NCBI GenBank assembly: GCA_965116815.1
Contig: OZ220722.1
Coordinates: forward strand, 1,695,050-1,759,049
Source of the DNA: Candidatus Poribacteria bacterium
GTDB taxonomy: Bacteria; Poribacteria; WGA-4E; WGA-3G
Reading direction: 5' to 3'
DNA length: 64,000 nucleotides
Shown here one piece after another: positions 1 to 9,306 of this stretch (within the stretch, counting starts at the first letter, position 1; each line of letters opens with the position of its first letter). The notes below the pieces were generated by a model, which was not told the origin of the DNA, did not search any database, and saw only the letters and a list, made by a program, of their open reading frames with translations. Both the position numbers and the translations under genes were made by a program.

Positions 1-574
1 GAGCGTGTCACCGGGTGACATGTCAATTCCTAATTCTTCAACGTTTTCCGGTTTGACGGCTTGTACATTTGTAAACGAAATAGCGGTGTCCGCTGTTTCA
101 ACAGGGAGTAGCCCATATTGATAGGAACGTGGGATCAGCACCATGCGTCCAACGTCTTCGTCCGATGTGTCTAATGCGACCCAAACACCAATGAGCGGAT
201 CTATTGTGATGTACTGTTCGTCTTGGTGTAGTGCTTGACCTCGTGCACCGGGCGGTTTGAAGTAGATCATTGTTTGTAAAAGCACCGGCGTATCATCAAT
301 CAGTTGCTCCGTAACAGTAAGCAGGTTGGTATCCGCTGCCCATTCTTGGGTTAATTCGTCCCAGTTGTGCATATTAATCATGCGCGGGAATTGATGATTT
401 GGATCATCGGCGTGGTCGGTTGTGCCACCGGAATCACCGGGCTTCGGGCCTTCTGCGCGACGTTTCATGTAATGTTCGCGCATTGACGTTACTGTGGCTG
501 TGTCAAAGAGATTGGGAATTACTACGAAACCTTGTTCTTTATAATCGTCTCGCTGTTGAGAGGTTAAAGACATG
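1..574 (-). CDS. Phytanoyl-CoA dioxygenase (PhyH) family protein, N-terminal part; the gene runs off the window start
   Basis: Reverse-strand ATG at 572-574. The translation MSLTSQQRDDYKEQGFVVIPNLFD... has the typical PhyH N-terminus. The frame is open to position 1. It is not in the ORF track because it is truncated. Confidence 0.55.
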
Positions 575-949
575 AACGAGTTCTCCCGTAGGTTGCTGGA
601 CCGTTTTGTATAACGTTTTTGAGTCTGTCTTTTAATTTTATGGTAATTTTGGGTATTTGTCAAAGTTTTTTCTCTTATATGTACGGAAGATTTGACTTTC
701 TATTAACCAGGGTCATTTAGTTTTCTCTTTTGTAGCGTATCCTGTTAGGTTGCGTTAATTGATGCACAGGCTAACGGTTTCCTATGCTACAAGGGGTTCT
801 CTACGTATCAGTAGCAAGGATTTGCATTGAAAATAGGTCTCCAAACTCGAAAACTAAATAGTCCTGCTCTCTTAACAGATTCAACGTGACTTTCTGAGAA
901 AACTGTGCTATACTTGTGCAAAATCTTATTTTATGGAGTATATCTTTTG

Positions 950-1885
950 ATGAAAAACGAATGGGTTGTTTACGAAGGAAACGAAGGTCCTGGAAAGGGC
1001 AAGCATATTGTTCTCGTCAGTGGTGACGAAGAGTATCGTTCTGAAGAAGCATTGCCGATGTTGGGGAAAGTGTTAGCCACACACCACGGATTTACATGCA
1101 CGGTGCTGTTTGCTATTGAGCCGGACACAGGGGAAATTGATCCAGAGGTCCAGACCAATATTCCGGGACTTCATCATTTAGAATCAGCGGATATGATGGT
1201 ATTGTTCACGCGTTTCCGTGAGCTACCCGATGAACAGATGAAGTATATCGTTGACTATACGAACGCTGGCAGACCTGTGATGGGACTCCGCACAGCGACG
1301 CACGCTTTCAGTTATAGCCGTGACCTTGAGAGTCCGTATGCAAAATATAGTTTTAACAGTGAGAGTTTTGAGGGTGGGTATGGCAGGCAGGTGCTTGGCG
1401 AGACATGGGTCAACCACCACGGACATCACGGTAAAGAGAGCGCGCGCGGTGTGATTGACGAAGCGATGCAGGACCACCCGGTTCTCAAAGGTGTTGACGA
1501 TGTTTGGGGCCCGTCCGATGTCTACGGCATTAATGATCTGACGGGCGATTCTCAAGTGCTTGTCCATGGACAGGTATTGGTCGGTATGGAACCAACAGAC
1601 GCGCCGAAACCGGATACCGTCACAATGCCGATGGTGTGGATTAAAACCTATACCGGCGATGAAGGGAACACCTCACGCGTCTTGAACACGACGATGGGTG
1701 CCTCTGTCGATTTGGAGAGCGAAGGACTCCGTCGCCTTCTCGTCAATGGCTGCTACTGGTGTATGGGAATGGAGGACGCAATTCCCGATAAAAGTGTTGT
1801 CGATTATGTCGGCGATTATGCGCCGACGTTCTTCGGTTTCGGCACGTTTACAAAGGGTGTCCGTCCAGCGGACCATGTGCTGTAG
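950..1885 (+). CDS. ThuA-like / class-I glutamine-amidotransferase-like domain protein (putative)
   Basis: ORF 905..1885. An internal ATG at 950 is preceded by GGAG. The HIVLVSGDEEYRSEE..GRPVMGLRTATHAF pattern suggests a ThuA-like fold. The assignment is tentative. Confidence 0.4.
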   Translation: MKNEWVVYEGNEGPGKGKHIVLVSGDEEYRSEEALPMLGKVLATHHGFTCTVLFAIEPDTGEIDPEVQTNIPGLHHLESADMMVLFTRFRELPDEQMKYIVDYTNAGRPVMGLRTATHAFSYSRDLESPYAKYSFNSESFEGGYGRQVLGETWVNHHGHHGKESARGVIDEAMQDHPVLKGVDDVWGPSDVYGINDLTGDSQVLVHGQVLVGMEPTDAPKPDTVTMPMVWIKTYTGDEGNTSRVLNTTMGASVDLESEGLRRLLVNGCYWCMGMEDAIPDKSVVDYVGDYAPTFFGFGTFTKGVRPADHVL

Positions 1886-2009
1886 TACTACCTTTTTGGA
1901 ATCTTTAAATCGTGTAGGGTGGATTCCTGTATCCACCCTATATTGCTGTCGGCTGAACCAGAAGTGCCTACGAACCAAAGATGCAGTTTATTCCCCGATG
2001 TAATGTTCC

Positions 2010-5000
2010 CTATTCTTCTCCAAGCGAGATGTGAAATATTCCACGATCTTTGATAGCACTATAGAGTTTATCGTTAATGACAGCAAGAGCAGCAGTTTCA
2101 CCGAGTGCTTCTGAAGAAACTTGCTTCCATTGATTACCGGTATCCAAGCGATAGACTCCAGCATTACCAGCACCATAAACTGTAGGACCCTCCACAGCAA
2201 ATCTGTCTATAATGGGACGTGTACTCGCACTATCGGTTAGCACGCGCCAGTGTGCGCCAGTTTCTGAACTCAACACGCCTTCGTCTGTTGCGACATAAAC
2301 TGTTGAATCAGCAAAGGTTATCTCCTTGAAATGGGTAAAATGAAGCGGTAGACTTGGTGTAACATCTCTCCAGCTGCTCCCTCCATCAAGCGACTGAAAC
2401 AGCTTACCATCGCGTTTTCCGACGTAGATGGTTTCTCCCGAAACCGCTAATTTGAGATCCTGGCTGTCGTTGTCATAAGATTCTTGGCTCATGTCTGTTA
2501 ATCCTGTGCTTATCCACTCCGGGGCACCAAGTCTCCACTTAAAAAGTGTACGTCTGTGCTCAGCGTAGAACACATCGTTACAAACTACGATCATTCTGGT
2601 TGTCGCCTCCTTCCCACGTATAGGAGGTGGAACGATTGATACGACTGCGTGATGTTCTTTTTTAGAACCCTCAGATAAGTGAGTCTTTTTCGCTGCCTCG
2701 CTATCTGCTCGTAACTTACGAGATAATGCTTTATCATCAGAAGCGGGTATGCCTTGAATGGGACTGTGTATATTGCCATCTATAGATACGCGGGAAATTT
2801 GCAAGTTGTTAGTTTCAGGTGAGATAAGATAAAGATTATTGTCATCAACTACCAATTTTGAATTAAAGTAGTGGGAGATACGCGCTCTGTCGGGTTTTAA
2901 TGATTCGGTCGTAATTGTAGTCACCTCCCCAGTAAACCTCTCGGTAATTGAGAACTTTTTCCAAGACGCACCTTCGTCAGTTGATTGATACACCGCATAA
3001 CCATTATGCGCGTATAATCTATTGTTGAACGTAACTAAATCCTTCAACCTTGTTCCAGCCATCCCATCTATAAGTAACTGCCACGATTTCCCGCCATCAG
3101 TTGTGCGACGAATCCCAAAGGGATTAACTTGGTAAAATGTCGTCTCGTTTACAGCCACAACTGGAAGCCTATTGATCATGAACAGATTCCCATCTCCTGA
3201 AAGCTCTGTCCAAGTTTTTCCGTTATCTGTTGAACGATGGCGTTGGTCGGCAGTTGACGCTAAAAGCACTTCACCAACAGCCGAAATCTTCATGCCAGAT
3301 GGTATGTATCGATCATAAGATTTATAACTGGGTGTTATTTCCGTCCATGATGCTCCTAAGTTAGCCGAATGGAAAATTTTGAGAGTATGCGACTCATTTC
3401 TTGGCACTTCTTGGTCTACCGTTATTGGCGTGAATCCCAACAGATCGGGCCCTGTCCCGATATAGAGATTATTCTCAGACACCGCCAAGGAGTAAATGGC
3501 TCTTGATGTCTCCACTGGCAACTTTTTCCAAATACCTAAATCGAGACGATAGAGACCGCGCCCTGTACCAGCAAACACTGTGTTTTGAACAGCAGCGACT
3601 GTGGAAATCGTTTTGTTTGCCAATCCATCATTAAATAGGTTCCATTGTGTCCCACCGTCTGTAGATCGATAAATTCCTTTATCTCTAAGGGCAAGATACA
3701 TCGTGGAATGGGCTTGCGAGTAGGGACGAGGTGACCTCGCCCCTACTTCATCAATGATGATGAGACCGACAGCTTGTCCCTTTGGTCTGGGACCAATCGT
3801 CCTCCAAGTTTCACCGCTATCATCCGAAGTAAATATTTCATCGGTGGATACTATGTAAAGGATATCACCGTGTTCTGCCATCGGCATTAGCGATTTACCA
3901 ATTGGAATATCTGTGTTGACGCTTGTCCACGCGGTTGCATCTGTTCTTAGTCTGTATATTCCTGTCGGAGCAATAGTATAGACGGTACCTTCGGATGTCG
4001 CGAAGATATCGCGTACCTGTCCCCCTGGCGGCGCGTTTCCCTGCGTCCACTGCGAAGTAGAAAACTTGGCGGAGTCCTCCAATGTAGCAGATGTTGTGGT
4101 AGTTGTAGAGACTTGTGTGCCAGTTCCGCTGCTTTTACCCGCAGCAGCCTGTCCACCTCGGTTTCGCACAGCTGGTTTCACCGCAATATCAAGAGTGATA
4201 GGTGTGTCAATGATTTCAATGGTAGGTTCGGATTGTGCTTCAAAACTGTATGGTCTCTGAAAACGAGCAAGGTATTGGCTGCTCGCGCCGAGCAGCAATA
4301 TGACCAAAGCTACAGCCGTGCCGAAAGCCGCCCACGGTAGCAAGGGTTTGCCAACCGGAGGCTGTATCGGTTTCATATTAGCCACTTCCCGCATGATACG
4401 CTCAGTTACTTGAGCAGGGAACGGGATACTTCCAAGTGTTTCGCGAACCAAAAGTTCTTCTTGCTGTTCCTGTAAACGCTCGCGTCCCCGGCGAAGTCGA
4501 CTCTTAATCGTATTCACCGACACCCCTAAGAGTTTCCCGATCTCCTTCGCCGTCATCTCTCCGAGATAGTGGAGCGTTACCACTGTGCGCTCACTTTCCG
4601 GCAGCTTTGCCAGAAGTTTTTTGACGAGTTCATGGCGATGTTCGGTGCTCTCTGTCAGCCGTTGTTCCGATACGTAATGTGTGTAAGAAGATTCTTCGAT
4701 TTCTTCCACAGGCGTGTCCTCCAACGATTGCATCACAGATTTGTTCTTTATGTTCTTTTCGAGCCATTTAAGGCAGAGTCGATTGGCGATGACATACATC
4801 CATCCGGAGAACTGCTTTGGATTCCTGAGCTGCGCAAGATTCTTATATACTTGAAGGAAAGTATCTTGCGTAATCTCTTCGGCAACATGAAAATCGCCAA
4901 CTTTTCGCCACGCAAGCGCGTGAATACCTTTCTGATGCTTTCGGACTAAGGCATTGAACGCTGCGTCATCACCGGACAAGATTTTACGAATTAGTTGAAC

Positions 5001-5018
5001 ATCGTCTTTTGTTTCCAT
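2010..5018 (-). CDS. ECF sigma-70 factor (regions 2 and 4) fused via one TM helix to a large extracytoplasmic BNR/Asp-box beta-propeller domain
   Basis: From the ATG at 5018 (METKDDVQLIRKIL...). Sigma-2 motif FNALVRKHQKGIHALAWRKVGDFHVAEEITQDTFLQVY and sigma-4 ESERTVVTLHYLGEMTAKEIGKLLGVSVNTIKSRLRRGRERL. Hydrophobic segment LLPWAAFGTAVALVILLLGASSQYLA. Then repeated SxDxGxTW boxes (STDGGTQW, STDNGKTW, TTDGGKSW, STDEGASW, SLDGGSSW). Confidence 0.8.
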   Translation of the reverse strand: METKDDVQLIRKILSGDDAAFNALVRKHQKGIHALAWRKVGDFHVAEEITQDTFLQVYKNLAQLRNPKQFSGWMYVIANRLCLKWLEKNIKNKSVMQSLEDTPVEEIEESSYTHYVSEQRLTESTEHRHELVKKLLAKLPESERTVVTLHYLGEMTAKEIGKLLGVSVNTIKSRLRRGRERLQEQQEELLVRETLGSIPFPAQVTERIMREVANMKPIQPPVGKPLLPWAAFGTAVALVILLLGASSQYLARFQRPYSFEAQSEPTIEIIDTPITLDIAVKPAVRNRGGQAAAGKSSGTGTQVSTTTTTSATLEDSAKFSTSQWTQGNAPPGGQVRDIFATSEGTVYTIAPTGIYRLRTDATAWTSVNTDIPIGKSLMPMAEHGDILYIVSTDEIFTSDDSGETWRTIGPRPKGQAVGLIIIDEVGARSPRPYSQAHSTMYLALRDKGIYRSTDGGTQWNLFNDGLANKTISTVAAVQNTVFAGTGRGLYRLDLGIWKKLPVETSRAIYSLAVSENNLYIGTGPDLLGFTPITVDQEVPRNESHTLKIFHSANLGASWTEITPSYKSYDRYIPSGMKISAVGEVLLASTADQRHRSTDNGKTWTELSGDGNLFMINRLPVVAVNETTFYQVNPFGIRRTTDGGKSWQLLIDGMAGTRLKDLVTFNNRLYAHNGYAVYQSTDEGASWKKFSITERFTGEVTTITTESLKPDRARISHYFNSKLVVDDNNLYLISPETNNLQISRVSIDGNIHSPIQGIPASDDKALSRKLRADSEAAKKTHLSEGSKKEHHAVVSIVPPPIRGKEATTRMIVVCNDVFYAEHRRTLFKWRLGAPEWISTGLTDMSQESYDNDSQDLKLAVSGETIYVGKRDGKLFQSLDGGSSWRDVTPSLPLHFTHFKEITFADSTVYVATDEGVLSSETGAHWRVLTDSASTRPIIDRFAVEGPTVYGAGNAGVYRLDTGNQWKQVSSEALGETAALAVINDKLYSAIKDRGIFHISLGEE

Positions 5019-5496
5019 CAGAAAGAATACTCCGTGATTATGTTCCGCCGAGTTTGGACGGATACAGCAATAAATAGACAAGTTCTCTCAATATCAAGTT
5101 GCTTCCGTATTGGAGAGTATACCAAACACAACGCTAAAATAAAACCCATAAATTTGAAACATCACTTTGCCGTTCTATAATTAAAGATACTATTTTGAGA
5201 CGGAAAGGGTGCATAACCTGAAATAAATTGAATTTTTCGACTGAAAAGCCGCAATTTTAAGCAAGGCTTACGCTAATTCTTTGCTTCTGGTATTTGCTTA
5301 GACAGCACTCAGAGAAGCGTGTGGCGCGTAAGCCTCACAATATTGATGGAACAGAATAGCCAAAGAGGTCTATCACTTTGTCCTATAGAGAAGGGGCGAA
5401 GACCCCTTTCTTACATTCTACTTTGGTTTCTCAGGAGGCGTTAGTTCCTGAGGAGGAGTCGGCTCTTTGAGGTGTTCTAAAGCCGCTTGTGTACCC

Positions 5497-5994
5497 TCAA
5501 TTGGTGCGTTCAATTTCTACCAACTTATCAATGTAAGCCGCTTTGTACGTTTCCCAGTCATCTGTCGGCGGAATATCAAAAACGCCTGACTGCCACAGAT
5601 TCGGATTGTCTTCCAGAAGTGCCAAAGCATGCCGATGTAACAGGGTGGACGCATACTCGTAGAAGTTTCCTATGATGATGCCTCTCTCCAAAAGCATCTG
5701 AAGCCACTCTGCTCGTGGATACCTTGCATCTATCTTACTTATTGTAAGGTTACTGCTATAGCTTTCAATTTCTGTTCCGTTGCCCTTGCGCGATAGGCTT
5801 ACTTCGGTTTTTGCATGTCCCGTATTGTAATCCGCATCTAACTCCTTCATCAGTTCTTGGGCATTTTGGGAACCGGTATATTTCTTGTCACTGGACCGCA
5901 TACTCGGTGATATAATTTCAAGTTCAGTGGTTGTCATTGAAGATGTACCGGATACCGAACGTACACAGAACCGCATACTCAAAGTACTTTCCAT
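5497..5994 (-). CDS. Hypothetical protein; short paralogue of 8336..9187 (conserved DARYPRAEWLQ..PPTDDWETYKAAYI C-domain), lacks a signal peptide
   Basis: The ORF's C-terminal ~90 aa align to the 8336..9187 product. GGAGA lies upstream of the ATG. A conserved leader hairpin precedes it. Confidence 0.5.
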   Translation of the reverse strand: MESTLSMRFCVRSVSGTSSMTTTELEIISPSMRSSDKKYTGSQNAQELMKELDADYNTGHAKTEVSLSRKGNGTEIESYSSNLTISKIDARYPRAEWLQMLLERGIIIGNFYEYASTLLHRHALALLEDNPNLWQSGVFDIPPTDDWETYKAAYIDKLVEIERTN

Positions 5995-6009
5995 TCTTAG
6001 TATCTCCTT

Positions 6010-6747
6010 TTAATTTAGAGGCGTTATGTTGCCTCGTGACTGTTTTAAGTTTCCCCATGTTGTTGCCAACTTGGTTTGTGAGGTTACAGACAATCCATCT
6101 GTATTTGGAATACCAGGCCCTGTGACCTTGAAATTGTCAAATCTTGCTGTATAATTGGTAAGACCTAATCCTACTCTACCGGTCGGAAATTCAGGAAATC
6201 CGTGTAGAGGTTCTAAAGCTATGGGGTCCAAAACTTGTTTCCCATTTATCCGAAAAGTCAAGTGCTTTCCACGAACACTCACTTGGAAGGTCGCCCATTT
6301 TCGCAATTTCAACAAGCGGTGGGGTTTCTCATCGTAGGTTAAAAAAGAGCGTCCACGCAAATTGCCACCAAAACATATCGCTATGGGTTCCACTGCGGGG
6401 CCCGCAAAATCATCAATCCCACATACGACCCCCCATGTCCCTTTAATCCGGACAGCGATCACAATGATTCCAGGGCCATGTTTTTCGAGGGGTTTAACAT
6501 TAAATTCGATGTCATAATCTTGCCAGGTATCTTCTCCAATCGTGAGTAAACGGGGTGCGTCCCTATTTATTATTTCGAGTTCGTCGTCAATAATTTCCCA
6601 AGGACTAGGACCGGGGGGATTGACGCCGAACATAACTAATTCTTGATAGTTGACGAGCTCTTCATCATCAAAAGTGTCCAGAAACGTACCCGCTTGAGCG
6701 GCGAAAATAAAGAGAAGAATGCACAACCCAATAATAACTGATTTCAT
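6010..6747 (-). CDS. Secreted DUF1080 / LamG-like jelly-roll domain protein (putative)
   Basis: Signal peptide MKSVIIGLCILLFIFAAQA. The Trp/Gly-rich pattern resembles the 3-keto-disaccharide-hydrolase-like (DUF1080) family. The assignment is weak. Confidence 0.45.
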   Translation of the reverse strand: MKSVIIGLCILLFIFAAQAGTFLDTFDDEELVNYQELVMFGVNPPGPSPWEIIDDELEIINRDAPRLLTIGEDTWQDYDIEFNVKPLEKHGPGIIVIAVRIKGTWGVVCGIDDFAGPAVEPIAICFGGNLRGRSFLTYDEKPHRLLKLRKWATFQVSVRGKHLTFRINGKQVLDPIALEPLHGFPEFPTGRVGLGLTNYTARFDNFKVTGPGIPNTDGLSVTSQTKLATTWGNLKQSRGNITPLN

Positions 6748-6896
6748 TTTTCTTTCTCCTTCAGAGGCGTTATGTTGCCTCGTGTTTGAAGTTTAACCTT
6801 TGAACAATATTTGCCAAAAAAGGCGAGGTATTTGCGTAACACAATGAACATCGCTGATAATTCGGCTCTCATTAGTATGTCGTGTCGTACTTCGCG

Positions 6897-8312
6897 TTAA
6901 ATATCTGACCGGAAGAACTTCAGAAACGCCAAGGTTGTCAACGCCACCGCAAAGAAGCATAGGAAGAGCACATCCACCAGTGAGTGCCTTAACGTTTCAT
7001 CTAAAGACGGGACTGCTATAGGGGGTGGCTGCGCAATTGTGTAGAGATCATCGGGATGGTAACCTCTGACGGAAGCGTGATCTACTATTTTACTGAACAG
7101 ATCCGCGTGAAGTGCGCCATAATAACGATCCGCTGCTTCAAAATAGTTGTGTTTTTTAATCTTTCCAGTCTGTGTCAAGTTCGTGGTGAGATAAATTAAG
7201 GAAGATGTCGGTGTGATTCGTGAGAGGGTTTCGCCGACCGCTTCCTGTCGCGCTTTCTCGCGCTGATAGTTCCTATCTATCTGGTCGGTGCGATCCGCGA
7301 ATTTCTGCTTATATGCGCCTTCAAGCGGTTGCACCAGTTTATCGAACTCCTGTCCTACTGCAAACATCTGTTCATGGGAAGCCTTCGGACGATCTTTCCA
7401 GAATTCTTGGTGCATCTCCTTTTTTCTTTCTTCAAGTTCAGCATTGAAATTTTCGCGGAGTGCAGTCTTTTCGAGATAAACGCTCTGCGCGGTTTTTGTG
7501 GGTACGATTAATTTCGCCGCGACAAACCCGATGCGTGGCACAATCAGCACAGCGAATACCCAGACAGTGAAGGCGACGATGAGGGCTGTTTTGGCGTTGT
7601 CTAAATAGGTGGAAATCACCGTGCCGATGGCGAAAAATACACCGATGTAGAGCAGCGCGGCGAGCATCAGAATCATGACGCGTGGGAAAACCTCTGGCTC
7701 ACCAAGGGGAAACCCTTGCCAGACGATGACGAGTAAACCGAAGAGAAACGCTACCAAAAACGGCACCACGAACACGATGTATCCGCCAATGAGTTTGCTC
7801 CATAAAAAAAGGTCGCGTGGCAGGGCGTTCGCTAAATTAATCCGCAACGTGCCAGCTTCTCTTTCCCCAGCAACTGCATCGAAGGTAAACAACAGCGCCA
7901 GCAAACTGAAGACGGTGCCGACTACGAACAGAAAATCGAGATGCCCTAAAAGGTGGGCAATAGAGTCGGAAACGGTCGCCGGCGGACCTTGGGTAATCCC
8001 ATTACGCGTCATCCCCAGATAACTTGGCAGTGCGTCACCCAATCCATTTGCGAAAACGCTCAAGGCGGTCGGTTTGAGGAAGAGTTTAGAGACTTCCAGT
8101 TCCGGTTCGAGTTCCATACTCGGATTTATGATCTTTTCTTCGACGTTTGACAGTTTAACGGATTCTTGGTAATCCAAAAGGTTTTTACGATAGTTTTGAT
8201 GATTGATAGAGAGGGTCAACGGAACAAGCAATAAACACATCAAAAGGAGCATAACGAACCGGACGCTCAGAATGTGATGCATCATCTCTTTTTGAATCAA
8301 TGTCACTAACAT
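6897..8312 (-). CDS. ABC-2 family transporter permease-like membrane protein with C-terminal cytoplasmic coiled-coil extension (paralogue 1)
   Basis: Six predicted TM segments. The FDAVAGEREAGTLR motif is typical of ABC-2 permeases. There is a ~150 aa charged extension and a final TM. ~75% identical to 9307..10728. Confidence 0.6.
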   Translation of the reverse strand: MLVTLIQKEMMHHILSVRFVMLLLMCLLLVPLTLSINHQNYRKNLLDYQESVKLSNVEEKIINPSMELEPELEVSKLFLKPTALSVFANGLGDALPSYLGMTRNGITQGPPATVSDSIAHLLGHLDFLFVVGTVFSLLALLFTFDAVAGEREAGTLRINLANALPRDLFLWSKLIGGYIVFVVPFLVAFLFGLLVIVWQGFPLGEPEVFPRVMILMLAALLYIGVFFAIGTVISTYLDNAKTALIVAFTVWVFAVLIVPRIGFVAAKLIVPTKTAQSVYLEKTALRENFNAELEERKKEMHQEFWKDRPKASHEQMFAVGQEFDKLVQPLEGAYKQKFADRTDQIDRNYQREKARQEAVGETLSRITPTSSLIYLTTNLTQTGKIKKHNYFEAADRYYGALHADLFSKIVDHASVRGYHPDDLYTIAQPPPIAVPSLDETLRHSLVDVLFLCFFAVALTTLAFLKFFRSDI

Positions 8313-8335
8313 ATTGAACTCCCTTTAATTTTATT

Positions 8336-9187
8336 CTAATTTGGCTCGTCAGGAGGAAGTGGTTCCTGAGGATGCATCGGTTCTTCGGAGCGTTCTAAAG
8401 CCTCTTGTGCGCGCGCAATCTGTTTCCTTGCATGCTCAAGTTGCTTCCTGACATGCTCAAGCTGCTGTGAATTCAACGCTTTATGTTCAAGTTGAGTCAT
8501 AGCGCGCACAATTGATTCCTTACTGCGTTTAAGGGCAAGTTTAATTTGCTCTCTACTACGTTCAATCTGTTTCCCAGTGTGCTTACTTACCAACTTATTG
8601 ATGTAAGCGGCTTTATAAGTTTCCCAATCATCTGTTGGTGGAATACCGCGAAACCCTGCCTCATACAAATCTGGATTGTCTTCCAAGAGTACCAAAAGGT
8701 AACGCTTTGATAGCAAGGACGCATACTCGTCGGAGTTATCTATGGTGATGCCTTTATCCAAAAGCAGCTGAAGCCATTCCGCTCGTGGATATCTCGCATC
8801 TATCTCACTTATTGTGAGGTCGCTGCTATAAGTCGTAGTTCTTGGCCGTTCCAATATCTCCCCGTTGCGAATCACTAAGCTGCCATCGGATATAATCACT
8901 TTGGTCTCTGGTAGTTTCTTTGACAGTCCCTTATTGTAATCCACATTTAACGCTTTCATCAATTCCCGCGCGTTTTGAGGACCGATGTACCTTTTATAAT
9001 TGGATGACACTGTCGAAGTGAATTCAATGGATTCACTTTTTACCTGTGTCTTCGACGATCCAGTTTCGGAACTTTGTGTATATGCATAGGTGCCTCCCCA
9101 CAAAAGGATGGCGAGTCCTAAAGTTGCGAAGAATGGAAGTCTTGCGAGAGTTTTTCCGCAGTGAAAAATGCGTTTCATTTTTAGCAT
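8336..9187 (-). CDS. Secreted hypothetical protein with C-terminal coiled coil (long paralogue of 5497..5994)
   Basis: Signal peptide MLKMKRIFHCGKTLARLPFFATLGLAILLWGG. Shares the conserved central domain with 5497..5994. The C-terminus has heptad repeats (EHVRKQLEHARKQIARAQEALERSEE). Confidence 0.6.
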   Translation of the reverse strand: MLKMKRIFHCGKTLARLPFFATLGLAILLWGGTYAYTQSSETGSSKTQVKSESIEFTSTVSSNYKRYIGPQNARELMKALNVDYNKGLSKKLPETKVIISDGSLVIRNGEILERPRTTTYSSDLTISEIDARYPRAEWLQLLLDKGITIDNSDEYASLLSKRYLLVLLEDNPDLYEAGFRGIPPTDDWETYKAAYINKLVSKHTGKQIERSREQIKLALKRSKESIVRAMTQLEHKALNSQQLEHVRKQLEHARKQIARAQEALERSEEPMHPQEPLPPDEPN

Positions 9188-9306
9188 CTCCTTTTAATTC
9201 AGAGGCATTATGTTGCCTCGTGTTTGAACTTTAACCTTTGAACAATATGCGTCTGTATCCGAATGACGCGTTTTAAACGGTGTCGGCAATTCAGCTATCA
9301 TCAACA

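Noticed and set aside
905-949. Upstream extension (MLYLCKILFYGVYLL) of the ThuA-like ORF
   Set aside because: The later ATG at 950 has a GGAG RBS. The extension is hydrophobic junk lacking a proper signal-peptide cleavage context.
5019-5230. Interpreting the GAAAGGGTGCATAA motif as a canonical autoregulated ECF promoter
   Set aside because: Neither strand shows the GGAAC-N16-17-CGTC architecture typical of RpoE-like promoters at a sensible distance from the start codon. The orientation and sigma specificity are left open.
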